A stretch of DNA of 64,000 nt from a virus (Duplodnaviria > Caudoviricetes), in the IMG/VR virus record IMGVR_UViG_3300043252_000011, positions 1 to 64,000 of that record; one strand, written 5' to 3'. Shown here in pieces: positions 54,076 to 64,000 of this stretch (positions are counted from its first letter, which is position 1; each line of letters opens with the position of its first letter). Both the position numbers and the translations under genes were made by a program. The notes under the pieces are model-generated. The model made no database searches, was not told the DNA's origin, and worked only from the letters and a program-made list of their open reading frames with translations.

Positions 54076-55675
54076 ATGGCTGAGCACTGGAAAGATAAGG
54101 ACGGCGTGATCCACTGCGAAGGCGTCGAGTCCGGCGACTATCTGCTTTGTGGCCTAGCGCCGGAAGGCGAGAATGGCGACGATGAATTGCCGACAAAAAC
54201 GCACGCTTCGATCAATTGTAGCAATTGCGTCGCCATCATTGCCTTTTGCCGCCGCATCCGACCGGGAGAATTTGTATCAACCGTGCGAGCACAGAGGTAA
54301 CGGCAATGGCTATCGTCGAAGTTCACCTGGTCGAAGATCGCGCCAAAATCTATAGCAGCACGGGCGCTGTTTACGAGATTTGCGACGATCATTTTGACCA
54401 ACCGACTGTCAAAGTCCTAGAAATGGGCGGCCGTGGTTATGAACGCTCGCAAACGCAAGTCGAGAGAGACGATCAGCTAAAACGCTATCGTCGGGCGCTT
54501 GAAAATATCATGTACTGTGAGGCGACCATGTGCGCCGACTACGTTGAAGAAATGAAGGAACTTGCACGCAACGCCCTTATGAGGCCGCGATGACCCGCTC
54601 CCAACTCGAAATGGCCGCCCAGGCAATCGCCAAAGAACACGGCTGCGGCCTGGACGACAATGGCGGAATATGCCCGGCCGGCGACAAAGGCGAGCCATGT
54701 ATGTGCGAGAGGTTCGCGCGGGTTGCGTTGCGAGCGGCAGAGGAATGCGCGCTTTGCGAAACACCGGAGACAACATGATCTTAAAAAACGGCTTCGATAC
54801 AGGAAAGTCCTGTTGTTTTTGCGGTGCCGACATTACCAACTGTGAACGAGGCTATGCTGGAGAGCCGTGTTGTCGCGCTTGCGGCAAGGGCGGCAATGGC
54901 GAGCCTGACGAGGCTTACATGGCTTACAAGGGAAACCTACCAGCGCCGCTCTGGTTTTGGGGATGATAGCGATGGCACGAGACAAATTCGATATGGCGGC
55001 GAGTTTCATCGTCGAGGAACATATCCGTATCTACGACAAGATGGTGCCGCATCCCGACGCGATTAAAGACGCCGTCGCGAAAGAATTGCGCCAAACATGG
55101 AACGAGGCCATTGACGCGGTGATCGCCAAGGCAAAGACAATCGCCGCCGTAATCGACTAACCCGTCCAATGTAGGGAGATTCATGATGGCGGCGAAGGAA
55201 GATCATCTGCGCGACCGGCTTCTGCGGATCGTGCTTGACGCGATCGAGCTGAAAGAGGTCTCCCGCGAGGAGGCGCTGGCCGCCTGCATGGGTACTGCAG
55301 CAACTGTCCTCGGCACCTATTCGGAAGATCAGCGTGAGGCAGTTGCGCTGGCGCTTGATGGCGTCTTGCTCAAACACGCCAATGCGCGCGCTCGACAGCT
55401 CCGATCTGGGGAAGTCGACGCCGACATGGCGCGCGCTAATCAGTAGAATGTCGCTCAAAACCCAACCACGCGAAGATGCCACGGGCCGATATGGCTTCGA
55501 GGGCGATTGGGGTCGCAAATGTCTCTGCGGTCACGAGCTTGGCGTTCACACCGCCGCAGCGCCGCACGAGTGCATGAACGCGGATCGGCACCACATGATG
55601 GGTGGTCCCTGGATGGACAAGACGATCACGGCGACGACCTGCTACTGCACCAAATTCAGACCAGTAAAAAAGTAA
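54076..55675 (+). other. run of small coupled hypothetical ORFs (54076-54300, 54306-54593, 54590-54778, 54775-54966, 54963-55160, 55183-55446, 55448-55675), several Cys-rich
   Basis: Consecutive ORFs with SD sites or start/stop overlaps. Confidence 0.6.
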
Positions 55676-55785
55676 CATCACATTAACTTGGAGAAATCCC
55701 GTGAAGATCATCATGCGAAACGCGCACGATACACTTGCAGCCTTCCAGACCGCGCAGGGCATGGAGAAGGCCGGCTAACGATGAA

Positions 55786-56010
55786 ATGTCGGAAAATGGC
55801 TGGCAGCCAATTGAAACAGCGCCAAAACATCGGCACCATCATCTGATGATGTGGGGCAGCGGCATCGGATTCTATCGCTGCACGTTCATAGGCGTGTGGG
55901 TCGGTGATCGGTGGCAAGAGGCTTATGGTAATCGGGATGCTGATCCAACTCATTGGGCGCCAACACCAGAGCCACCGGATAACGCCGAGATAGTCGGGAA
56001 AAACCCATGA
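55786..56010 (+). CDS. DUF551-like phage protein
   Basis: WQPIETAPK...PTHWAP.PEPP. Confidence 0.75.
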   Translation: MSENGWQPIETAPKHRHHHLMMWGSGIGFYRCTFIGVWVGDRWQEAYGNRDADPTHWAPTPEPPDNAEIVGKNP

Positions 56011-56390
56011 CGCCGATCCAGAGAATCAAAGCCGAGCGCCAACGTCAGATCGATGTCGAGGGTTATGATGGAAAACATGATGATGCGCACGATAGCGGCG
56101 AACTGTTGCGAGCCGCTGTGCTATACTATCAGCACACGATGTTGCAGCTACGGATGGAGCCACCATTAAAATTGCGCGGCGACGGCGCACCGATCGGTTG
56201 GCCCTGGGAGGCGGAATGGTGGAAGCCAAAAAACCACATGCAAAATTTGGAACGCGCTGGCGCCCTCTGCTTGGCTGAAAAAGACCGTCTGCTGCGCTGC
56301 CGCGGCGGCTGGGTTGAGCACGTCAATCAAAAACTTCGCCTAATTTGCGCGGCCATCAAACAACTAGATGAAGCAGCGAGTAATCCCTGA
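56007..56390 (+). CDS. conserved phage protein
   Basis: AERQRQI..EG...HDD.H..GEL..AA..Y...WPW...WWKP...L.RAGAL.LAE. Confidence 0.75.
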   Translation: MTPIQRIKAERQRQIDVEGYDGKHDDAHDSGELLRAAVLYYQHTMLQLRMEPPLKLRGDGAPIGWPWEAEWWKPKNHMQNLERAGALCLAEKDRLLRCRGGWVEHVNQKLRLICAAIKQLDEAASNP

Positions 56391-56405
56391 ACAGCAGGAA
56401 GAACT

Positions 56406-56699
56406 ATGGCCTATACGGCACAAGAGATTATCGATCACCTTCGCTACTTTTGGCAAAAGGCCGAAGGTATCGACTACGGCCAAGAGCACGAGGTCATGAA
56501 AGCCGCCGCGGCCCAGATCGAATCCGACGCGAAGGTGATCACGGCGTTGAGGGAGACGCTTGAGGGATACGCATGTTATGGATTGGAGAAGTGCCCAGTT
56601 CCAAAGCTCAATGACGGTTCGTGCATTCACGCCGGTACGGGCCACTGCGGCGACGCGGCATTCCGCGCTATTGAGCAGACAGCGGGGGAAACAAATTAA
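56406..56699 (+). CDS. hypothetical protein
   Basis: SD agga. Confidence 0.55.
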   Translation: MAYTAQEIIDHLRYFWQKAEGIDYGQEHEVMKAAAAQIESDAKVITALRETLEGYACYGLEKCPVPKLNDGSCIHAGTGHCGDAAFRAIEQTAGETN

Positions 56700-57097
56700 A
56701 TTCAGCGGCACCAAAGACCTTGAAATCGAACTGATGCCCGATAGCTCGGTGAGATTGACGATGCGCTATGCGACATCCTACGAGGCCACAATCGCATATG
56801 ACGAGATTACCACTGCGGCAAGGACGGGCAAGCTCAAGATGAACCTCGAGCTGGGCGAAGTCTTGGAAGAAGAAGGCCCACGAATATAAGCGATATGTCG
56901 GGAAACAATGGAGAAACAGAATGGGAATTAACTTAATCGGCTTAGGCCGCGATGTCGCACCTAAGATAGACACGAAAGCACGGGAGCTAGCACGCCTTCG
57001 GGATGCTCTTGAAAAAATTGCCCACGTTACGGGAGAAGATGATCCTGCTATATCATGCTTATCCGGTTGCCACACACAAACGCTTGAGAGGTACTAG

Positions 57098-57439
57098 ATG
57101 TTGATCGAACGCCGAGGCTTGTTGACCGGGATCGTCGCAACTCTTTGCGCGCCTTCAATTGTGCGCGCGGGATCATTGATGCGGATCGCTGGCGAGCGGT
57201 ATCGAATTTGGGGGTTTTCGTGTCCTTTGCTGCCGCCAGCGGAGGCGGCCTACAACAATCCGGCTTTATGGGACAAATATCTCGGGCCAACTCGCCGCCT
57301 TCAATTCGGAACATGGACGTTTTTCGGCAAAACCGGGAACGTCTATACCGACGACGTGATTGACTTTGCGAAGCAGGAATATCCGGATGCGCTCCCGTGG
57401 CCTGCGCATCAGGCACAAGATGTAGGGCTGTGTGTCTAA
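57098..57439 (+). CDS. hypothetical protein with twin-arginine-like N-terminus
   Basis: ERRGLLTGIVATLCAPSIVRA; SD gagg. Confidence 0.6.
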   Translation: MLIERRGLLTGIVATLCAPSIVRAGSLMRIAGERYRIWGFSCPLLPPAEAAYNNPALWDKYLGPTRRLQFGTWTFFGKTGNVYTDDVIDFAKQEYPDALPWPAHQAQDVGLCV

Positions 57440-57776
57440 ACCGGATAAGCATGTGCTATATTATGGCCGTGGGCTCAAAAGATTGCGCTGGAAGCACTCG
57501 ACTAACAAGAGATATGTCGAAATGGGCGATCATCGCTTTGAATTAAAGGCTGAATTTTCCATGCACGGGCATGAGAAGAAAATAAATTGGAATCTAAATT
57601 GGAGCGATAGTATCCCCGAGCGCTTGGCGGAATGGGTTGAACAACAGTATCAAGAAGCCATGAATTTCTGGTACGAAGCCGAATGGACCGCCGAAGATCA
57701 TCGTAACGCCGAAATAGAGAGAACCGAACGGGCAGAGTTGGATCGCCTTAAAGCCAAATACGAACCGCCACACTAA
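57432..57776 (+). CDS. hypothetical protein
   Basis: Coupled ORF. Confidence 0.55.
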   Translation: MSKPDKHVLYYGRGLKRLRWKHSTNKRYVEMGDHRFELKAEFSMHGHEKKINWNLNWSDSIPERLAEWVEQQYQEAMNFWYEAEWTAEDHRNAEIERTERAELDRLKAKYEPPH

Positions 57777-57788
57777 ACAAGAGTTAGC

Positions 57789-58022
57789 ATGGTCATGAGC
57801 CAATATCTTTCGCTTTACGATGCCCAGACTGAAATCCTGCAGTGGCTTGAATCGAAAGGCCACGCGGTTGATTATGGTTCTGGCAAACCTCTCGATGATT
57901 GGCGGGTATGGCAGATGTGCAAAAGAAAGCGGCGGTTTCAGATGCGTCCAGAGGAAGATGAGCGTCGCCGCGTGTACGCCTGTCCGCATTGCGAGGGCTG
58001 GCATTTTACCCGGCGCCGATAG
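57789..58022 (+). CDS. small zinc-binding protein
   Basis: CKRKRRF...YACPHCEGWHFT. Confidence 0.6.
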   Translation: MVMSQYLSLYDAQTEILQWLESKGHAVDYGSGKPLDDWRVWQMCKRKRRFQMRPEEDERRRVYACPHCEGWHFTRRR

Positions 58023-58050
58023 TAGACAAGTTAACACGCAGGAGCTTGGA

Positions 58051-58329
58051 ATGAGCAATACTGACGGACAGCGCGATATCACCTTGGCGATGGAAGCAGA
58101 ACTCGCGACAGTGTCTAAGACCACCGTGGCAGCAGCAGCCAAAGCGGCGGAAGATCAAGACATCGCCTATGTGATGACGCAGCAGATCAACTGCATCATC
58201 GATGCCAATGTGCGGCTTCGCGGCTCGCACCGCCTCGTCGGCGCCGATGTCCAGGCGTGGGTCAACATGGTGGATTATCTGACGCGGGAAAAGGAAGGAC
58301 TTACCGCAAAGCGCCAGCGGCAGAACTAA
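58051..58329 (+). CDS. hypothetical protein
   Basis: SD aggag. Confidence 0.6.
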   Translation: MSNTDGQRDITLAMEAELATVSKTTVAAAAKAAEDQDIAYVMTQQINCIIDANVRLRGSHRLVGADVQAWVNMVDYLTREKEGLTAKRQRQN

Positions 58330-58577
58330 TCAGCTTTCTTATCAAGCCGCGCCTCGATCTCGCCAGTTGTCGGTCGGGTCTGTTCAAGCGTCTTAACCCG
58401 ATCTTCGAGCCGGGTTGTCTCCCGCTGGTAATCACCTTTCAACTCATTCAATCGTTCTTTGGTGTTTTTGGCAAATTCCTCATGCTCGCGGATCGACAGA
58501 CTCTTGCCGAGCATTTGGGAGGCAAGAGTGATTGCAGAGAGGATGACCGCGCCAAGTGCAATGTAGGTGGGGTCCAT
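58326..58577 (-). CDS. TM plus coiled-coil protein (homolog of 25816-26064)
   Basis: Highly similar protein including GKSLSIREHEEF and TLEQTRPTTGEIEARL. Confidence 0.8.
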   Translation of the reverse strand: MDPTYIALGAVILSAITLASQMLGKSLSIREHEEFAKNTKERLNELKGDYQRETTRLEDRVKTLEQTRPTTGEIEARLDKKAD

Positions 58578-58930
58578 CAGCCATGCGGCAATTCAATCCG
58601 CCTCAACCGCTGCTCGTGGTCTTTCGTAATGTCTTTCAGGTCGGAATCAATCTGTGTCTCGGTCTTGATATGATCGTCGAGCTTGGTCGTCAGCACATTC
58701 AAATTGGTTATGGCCTGTTGCTGGGCATCGTTGATCTTGCTGATGGCGGTCCACTGCAATTGAATGCCGGTTTCGGATTTGGTTTTAACATCGACAAGCG
58801 TGCCCCAGGCCAAATAGATCGCGGCCGTGCCGGCGGCGCCGATGAGCGTGATGAGGATTCGGAATACCCAAGCGGTTGCCCGTTCCTTGGTCTCGACGAA
58901 TTCCTGTAGCGTCATGCCGATCCTGCTCAT
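58577..58930 (-). CDS. TM plus coiled-coil protein
   Basis: Single TM, C-terminal DHEQRLRRIE. Confidence 0.65.
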   Translation of the reverse strand: MSRIGMTLQEFVETKERATAWVFRILITLIGAAGTAAIYLAWGTLVDVKTKSETGIQLQWTAISKINDAQQQAITNLNVLTTKLDDHIKTETQIDSDLKDITKDHEQRLRRIELPHG

Positions 58931-58992
58931 TTCGCGCCCGCCAATACTAACGTCTTCGAAGTTTCGTGCTACTCATCCACAAGTCCCGGTAC

Positions 58993-59027
58993 GAAAGTAT
59001 GGGGCCGCATTGGCGCGCGCCCCATAC
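58993..59027 (-). terminator. terminator after second porin gene
   Basis: GTATGGGGC...GCCCCATAC then TTT on the minus strand. Confidence 0.55.
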
Positions 59028-59054
59028 CGACTGACTGACGCTACTCCCTCGACG

Positions 59055-59852
59055 TTACAGGCCGAATTCGTAACTCAACCGCGTCCAATACTGCGTGCCG
59101 AGGTTGGCGCCCGCACTGAGTGTGAGCGGAGCGCCGTTTGTCGCGAAGGCGTTACCCATGGTGAAACCCTTGACCGGGAATGCAACGCCGGCAGAAGCAT
59201 CGATCGCGCCGCCGTTCGGCTTGCCATCGGTGCCGAGCGTAGGCCAAATGAAGCCGCCAGTAATCATCGGGTAAGCGCCAACGGTCGTGCCGTTCGCGTT
59301 ACCGAAGCTGCCACTGATTCCGGCTTCTTTGAGGCCAACGCCGACGTATTGCCGTGGTGCTCCGACAGGAACGGTCGGGGGAATCGGCGTGAAGGTCGGA
59401 AAGTTCGTCACCGGCAACGTCGGGAGGGCCGCATAAATCTTTTGCAGCCATTCAAAGCCGATGTCGAATTCCTGCGTCGCGGCCCATCGACTTGCGATTG
59501 CTGCGCTGGCTGCGCTTGTCGTGGCAGTTGCCTGCACCGTATTGGTGCCAGTGATATTCGACCATTCGCCGGTCAATTTGCCTCTGCACCATCCGATAGC
59601 GCAGTGGCCGACATAACCGACTTCGCCGCCGACCGCGCCACCCGTCGCCGTGAGATTGCCGCTTGCGAGACTCGTGGCAAAGACATTGGTGCCGCTGACA
59701 CTCGACTGCGCGACATCAGCCTCGGTGAGGATACCGACAAACCAGCTGGAACCGGCCGCGGTAGCTGCCGGTGCCTTCAATGGCAAGTCTGCCGCCAGAG
59801 CCGGTACTGCCAGCGCGGTAAGCGCCATGGTAAGCAGTAGCAATTTGCGCAT
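59055..59852 (-). CDS. outer-membrane beta-barrel (homolog of 21603-22409)
   Basis: Signal then AADLPLKA; ends LSYEFGL; SD aggagg. Confidence 0.8.
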   Translation of the reverse strand: MRKLLLLTMALTALAVPALAADLPLKAPAATAAGSSWFVGILTEADVAQSSVSGTNVFATSLASGNLTATGGAVGGEVGYVGHCAIGWCRGKLTGEWSNITGTNTVQATATTSAASAAIASRWAATQEFDIGFEWLQKIYAALPTLPVTNFPTFTPIPPTVPVGAPRQYVGVGLKEAGISGSFGNANGTTVGAYPMITGGFIWPTLGTDGKPNGGAIDASAGVAFPVKGFTMGNAFATNGAPLTLSAGANLGTQYWTRLSYEFGL

Positions 59853-59925
59853 GGAAACCTCCTGTTGAGTTACGTGGTCAACCATACGCTTTTAGTTGTG
59901 TCTTTGGTGCAACACAGTTTGGAAA

Positions 59926-60153
59926 TCAGCGACCGATCGCGCCTCCCGGCTGCGTGCCAGGGGAGTTTGCTGGAGCGCCAATGACCTTGCCGGTGCGATT
60001 GTTTACTACACTCCACACTGCGGCGCCCACCGCAACTATGGCGGCGGTAATGTCACCGACATCGCTCTGGGTAATCCATCCCTTTGCGACCGCATAGGCG
60101 AGAGCCGGCGGAATGATAGCACGCAGAATTCCAGTGATTTGATCGTAGTTCAT
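59926..60153 (-). CDS. putative holin
   Basis: DQITGILRAI...AKGWI...AAVWSV, two TM segments. Confidence 0.7.
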   Translation of the reverse strand: MNYDQITGILRAIIPPALAYAVAKGWITQSDVGDITAAIVAVGAAVWSVVNNRTGKVIGAPANSPGTQPGGAIGR

Positions 60154-60154
60154 G

Positions 60155-60394
60155 TCACTTCCCCTGATTGACTGGTTTGAAGTTTACGATGCCACCCCAC
60201 CAAAAATGACAACACAGAAAGCCGGTCAAAAACCCGGCAATCCATGGAAATGGCGGAAACGCGGCCGTGATGTTCCAGACAAAACGCGACAGCGTGGATG
60301 TTCCGTCATAGAGCGAATAGCCTTCCATCACCGAGAAGCTGATGACGATCAGCAATAGCCACACCGCCCATTTGATGCTGCCTTTCATCATCAT
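60155..60394 (-). CDS. small Trp-rich two-TM membrane protein (homolog of 21307-21522)
   Basis: STLSRFVW...FPPFPWIAGFLTGFLCCHFWWGG. Confidence 0.75.
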   Translation of the reverse strand: MMMKGSIKWAVWLLLIVISFSVMEGYSLYDGTSTLSRFVWNITAAFPPFPWIAGFLTGFLCCHFWWGGIVNFKPVNQGK

Positions 60395-60972
60395 ACCGTC
60401 TCCCTCGTGAAGGTTACTGTCGGATCAAGTTTTGCAATCATCCACAAAAGCGGCGCACAGCCAGGTTGCGGGTCCATGACGGTCGATGACCAGACATGAT
60501 CGCGAATCCATTTGCCGGGTTGCTGAATGTTCGTGCAGCCCCAAATGTACGACGATGGATGGCCCCACGCTTCCGAGCCGACGCCATTGAACAGCAGCAT
60601 ATAGTAGAGCTGCTTCTCGAGCCGCCAATCGCTGATGCTGCCCCAGCCCTCGACATTGATAGCATCCACACCACCGTCAATGAAAGCATTTGGGCCAATG
60701 AAAGGACCGCGCCCCACGGGCACTTCCGTGGTTCTGAGCGTCAGCGTTTGGCCGTTGCCTAAATAGGTTTTGAAATTCGCATCGCTCTCGCGGCGATGAA
60801 TGCAAGCGAGCATTTGCCATGGCACACGGGTCTTGGATTCGAGTACCTGATATGTGACTTTGTTGTTGATCGCAAACTGCGCCTCCTCCGTGAATGCCTG
60901 CACGCGGCCGGCATTGATGGTCATTGCGTCCCACCATTTCGCATAGCGCGGCCAGATGTCGGAGTAGCGCAT
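60391..60972 (-). CDS. lysozyme-family endolysin (COG5526-like)
   Basis: VPW..IH.RES..F..YLGNG...VP.GRGPF...SSYIW.CTN...GKWIRDHVW...D.QPGC..LL. Confidence 0.8.
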   Translation of the reverse strand: MRYSDIWPRYAKWWDAMTINAGRVQAFTEEAQFAINNKVTYQVLESKTRVPWQMLACIHRRESDANFKTYLGNGQTLTLRTTEVPVGRGPFIGPNAFIDGGVDAINVEGWGSISDWRLEKQLYYMLLFNGVGSEAWGHPSSYIWGCTNIQQPGKWIRDHVWSSTVMDPQPGCAPLLWMIAKLDPTVTFTRETV

Positions 60973-63512
60973 TAGTTGATCCCATAAACGAGAATTGAGC
61001 CGGACGTGATATTGCCGCTGTCCATAAGAACCTGGAAGCCATCAACGACGCCTGCGGTGTTCCAGTAGCCCGACATTTGCCCGGTAAAAGGAGGCGCGGA
61101 GCCCGACACATAATTCGCAAATCCACCGATCATGCAAATTGCATTGGCGGACGGATTAGTAATCGTGATCCAACCGCTCATACCGGGAGCCGAGTTGGCC
61201 AGTGAAAATCCATTTGCATCGAGCGGGTAACTTAATGGAATATAGCCTGTCGGGCCGACAGAACTCCCGCTTGATGAATTGATCCAACCGCCAAAGCTGC
61301 TGAGATAACCGCTCGATTTGTAAGCACCGCCGGAATGGATTTGCAGTTCTAGGATTTTTTCATTCGTTGCCGGAACGATGGCCTGAAATACCAGCAGATA
61401 GGACGTGTAGGTATTGTTGATCGGGCAAGTGCCGGATGTCGGCGAGGCATTGTTGATCGATGTCGAATTGCTCGCGGTGATCGTGCATAGGTAGGTCATC
61501 GCGCCGGTGCCGTTGGCACTCGCCCACGTTCCATCACCGCGCCAGAAGGTTCCTGCGCTGGCGCTGGTGCCGGAATTGAGATTGCTGACCGGAAGATTGC
61601 CGGTGACGCCGGTGCTGAGCGGCAAGCCGGTGGCATTTGTCAAGACTGCCGCGGATGGCGTGCCAAGCGCCGGCGTCGTCAATGTCGGCGACCCGCTGAA
61701 AACAAGCGAACCCGATCCGGTTGTGCTTTCCGCCGCCGCTGCGCGGAAGATGCGCCATGCCGCGCCGTCGTAGCCGATGAGCAAATCGAGTGCGCCGCCG
61801 CCGCCGGTAACCGTCGTATTCGGCAGCTTGCACGCGCCATCCCCGCAATTCGCCGCGAGGCCGTCGATGATGTGGGAGATTTGGCCGGCGGTCGGGGAGG
61901 CGGGGAGGCCGGCGTAGGTGTGGGCGGTGATGATCGGATCAGTGATCGTCGGCGCTTGCTTGCCAACAAGAATGCCGGTGCCGCTTATACCTTCGCCGTC
62001 GCTGTCTTGATAGCCAAGAGAAAAATTACATCCGCCGCTTCCCGGAAATATGCTGGCGCACGCCGTGGCGTTCGGCAAATTAAGAAAGCCGGGGCCTTGA
62101 CCGTTGAATTGCGAGCCGGTGCCTGTACCTGAAACGATCCATCCCGTGACATCAACGCTGGAATCAACCGCCTGTGCAAAGTTGCCCGACCAAGAGACCG
62201 AACTGCCGATTGTTGTAGTGCCGCCTGCCGCTAGATTGGCTCCGGCACTCAGGTTCCAATGATTGATGAAAGTAGTATTAGATAAAAGCGTTTCATTGGT
62301 GGCATTGACCGTAACGCCTTTGCCGGTTGCGGAAACATGGGAGCCTGAATTTCCCCAAGCGCCCCAGACGATTCCGCCATAATCGCAGATGGCTATCTGT
62401 CGGCATTGAATGCCTGGCCCGGCGCCATTGACAGCAGTGATCTCCAAATTGTTGACGCCGGCTTGGCCGCCGTCTTGGAGCAAAATACCCGTCGCGCCGC
62501 TTGGCACTTGGAGCACGACGTTCGACGGCGTGATAGAATTACCGTTGATCGAGAGAAGCTGGCCTGAGCTGCCGCCGCTATTTCCTTGATATGTGCACAG
62601 CGCGCCAGCAGTCGCGGTTGCGTAAGAACCACCCGACCCGTCGAGAAGCTGAATCGGTCCCGCCGCTCCTAAGAATGTCGCAATCTGTTTTACAAACGAA
62701 CACGCCGTCGCCAGCGTGCAGGCATTCCCCGAACTGAGACAATTGCCGCTGCCGGTTGCGCTCGGCGCGGCGTAGAGCGGGAGACCGCCGACGGGCGCAA
62801 CTGCGCCCCACACCGCAACGTCTTTTAGGAGCGATCCGGTGGAGTTATTCCAAATTGCTACATCGCCGATTGTGGATGAGGACGGCCCGACGATATTGCC
62901 AGTCCCAGGCCCGGCAGGAAGGCATGTTGGCGTCAATCCATTCGCACCGAGATTAAGAAACGCCCCAGCACAAGCACTCGGCTGCGGCAGTGGTCCCATC
63001 GTGTTGCCGGGTTGCGAAAACAGCCCGCGCCCGGTCAGGTCGTTGGTCTTGTCCCAAAGCTCACGCTCGACCGTGGTGGTTTCGGTCATGCGCTGGTTGA
63101 GATCGCGCGCCGCAACGCCGCGGCCTTCAGTGAATTGCGTCAACTGCCGCGGCCGTTCGGCGCCGACGATCTGCACTGTGCCGGTCTGGACCGCGTTGAA
63201 CGTCAGCACCGCATTGGTGATCGGCCGCGGGATGGTCGACAGCGGGCCGGTGGTTGAAGACAGCGACCAGCCGAAATTTGGGTCGGTCGAGAGATAGCGG
63301 ACGCCGTTCACCCAAACTTGCAGCCACGCATCGATGTCCGACCCACTGGCAAACAACGCCATATTCACAGCACAACTACAATTATTAGCGCTCAAACTAT
63401 ATGACGTTCGTCGCTCAGCATCAGGTAGCGCCGGCACAGCAGGAGGCGCCTGAGCAGCAGCAATACGCAGGCTCAACAACAGAAGTAAAATGATTGCCAT
63501 TGCTCGGCGCAT
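60972..63512 (-). CDS. tail fibre/spike with Sec signal peptide and T7 gp17-like N-terminal anchor
   Basis: [21 protein letters not shown]; RTSY...V.VNG...LTF...F..G...A.DLN...E anchor pattern; many Cys; [18 protein letters not shown] fibre repeat. Confidence 0.72.
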   Translation of the reverse strand: MRRAMAIILLLLLSLRIAAAQAPPAVPALPDAERRTSYSLSANNCSCAVNMALFASGSDIDAWLQVWVNGVRYLSTDPNFGWSLSSTTGPLSTIPRPITNAVLTFNAVQTGTVQIVGAERPRQLTQFTEGRGVAARDLNQRMTETTTVERELWDKTNDLTGRGLFSQPGNTMGPLPQPSACAGAFLNLGANGLTPTCLPAGPGTGNIVGPSSSTIGDVAIWNNSTGSLLKDVAVWGAVAPVGGLPLYAAPSATGSGNCLSSGNACTLATACSFVKQIATFLGAAGPIQLLDGSGGSYATATAGALCTYQGNSGGSSGQLLSINGNSITPSNVVLQVPSGATGILLQDGGQAGVNNLEITAVNGAGPGIQCRQIAICDYGGIVWGAWGNSGSHVSATGKGVTVNATNETLLSNTTFINHWNLSAGANLAAGGTTTIGSSVSWSGNFAQAVDSSVDVTGWIVSGTGTGSQFNGQGPGFLNLPNATACASIFPGSGGCNFSLGYQDSDGEGISGTGILVGKQAPTITDPIITAHTYAGLPASPTAGQISHIIDGLAANCGDGACKLPNTTVTGGGGALDLLIGYDGAAWRIFRAAAAESTTGSGSLVFSGSPTLTTPALGTPSAAVLTNATGLPLSTGVTGNLPVSNLNSGTSASAGTFWRGDGTWASANGTGAMTYLCTITASNSTSINNASPTSGTCPINNTYTSYLLVFQAIVPATNEKILELQIHSGGAYKSSGYLSSFGGWINSSSGSSVGPTGYIPLSYPLDANGFSLANSAPGMSGWITITNPSANAICMIGGFANYVSGSAPPFTGQMSGYWNTAGVVDGFQVLMDSGNITSGSILVYGIN

Positions 63513-63513
63513 T

Positions 63514-64000
63514 TTACACTCCAAAGCTCAGTGCCCAAACCGGAGTCATGGGAGTTACGCGCGAGCGGCGGTTATTTGCTTGTTCTTTCGCTGTTGCCCA
63601 ACGACAATTTTCGGGCGAATAATCGCCGTTGACATTAATGCGATCAAGGCTGTGCTTGGAGGATGGCCTGCGACCCATATCATCGAGAAAGTTTTGATAA
63701 TCTTGGCGCCATCGCACACAAATAGCGATGCCGCGTCCGCCATATCTCGAATAGCATTTATTGTTTCGATTATAACAGCGACTTCTCATGGCGGCCCATG
63801 CTTTATACTCAGGGGTAGCATCTGTTTCGCCATGAGTTCTTGATCTATGACCGAGCGTTGCCAAGTTTTCTCGACTAAGGCACCCACAACTTCGGGTATT
63901 TCCAGTGCGCAGCAATGAACCAAAAACATCGGATTCGCCGCCGCAATCACATTTGCAGCGCCAGCGACCCTTTCGCTCATATCTCTGATAACTTGACGAA
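63514..64000 (-). CDS. HNH homing endonuclease (5' partial)
   Basis: SCGC, W.AMRSRC...[34 protein letters not shown]. Confidence 0.88.
   Translation of the reverse strand, partial: SSSYQRYERKGRWRCKCDCGGESDVFGSLLRTGNTRSCGCLSRENLATLGHRSRTHGETDATPEYKAWAAMRSRCYNRNNKCYSRYGGRGIAICVRWRQDYQNFLDDMGRRPSSKHSLDRINVNGDYSPENCRWATAKEQANNRRSRVTPMTPVWALSFGV

Noticed and set aside
1-64000. CRISPR array, tRNA or rRNA genes
   Set aside because: No regularly spaced repeats or cloverleaf/rRNA signatures seen by eye; the Cas4-like gene is an ordinary phage DUF2800 nuclease

Overview
The window is entirely bacteriophage DNA. The host is probably an alphaproteobacterium (Hyphomicrobiales/Bradyrhizobium-like), judged from a GcrA gene and AADxxVKA-type outer-membrane barrels. 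Bases 1-52076 look like one complete ~52.1 kb podovirus-like genome: 1-394 is repeated exactly at 52077-52470. It carries an APSE-type replication module (SF2 helicase, DUF2800 nuclease, DUF2815 SSB, PolA, SNF2 helicase, VRR-NUC, PrimPol-AAA) and several DNA-modifying enzymes. Its morphogenesis genes are P22-like (portal, GroES, scaffold, major capsid, gp4/gp10-like, ejection proteins, TerS/TerL), with lysis genes, and the gene order is scrambled. After the repeat, 52471-64000 has a different composition and belongs to a second, related phage (Dam methylase, small ORFs, lysis cassette, porin, tail fibre, HNH), so the junction is either an assembly chimera or a cointegrate. Most notable: (1) six virion or tail-fibre-like proteins carry Sec-type signal peptides, all predicted to be cleaved before Gln, and a beta-barrel plus a Trp-rich membrane protein is conserved in both phages, suggesting an exported, disulfide-bonded virion-appendage system; (2) the palindrome YGTACR is strongly over-represented in phage 1 and TGTACGTACA sits in four cloned promoters; (3) a host-SSB-like DIPF-stop tail is hidden in the -1 frame of the SSB gene; (4) a hydrophobic-Pro-Trp motif recurs at the ends of many unrelated proteins; (5) a micro-ORF resembles the FtsZ C-terminal peptide; (6) a two-frame C5 methyltransferase has an internal TGA. 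All family assignments are from motif recognition by eye, not database searches.
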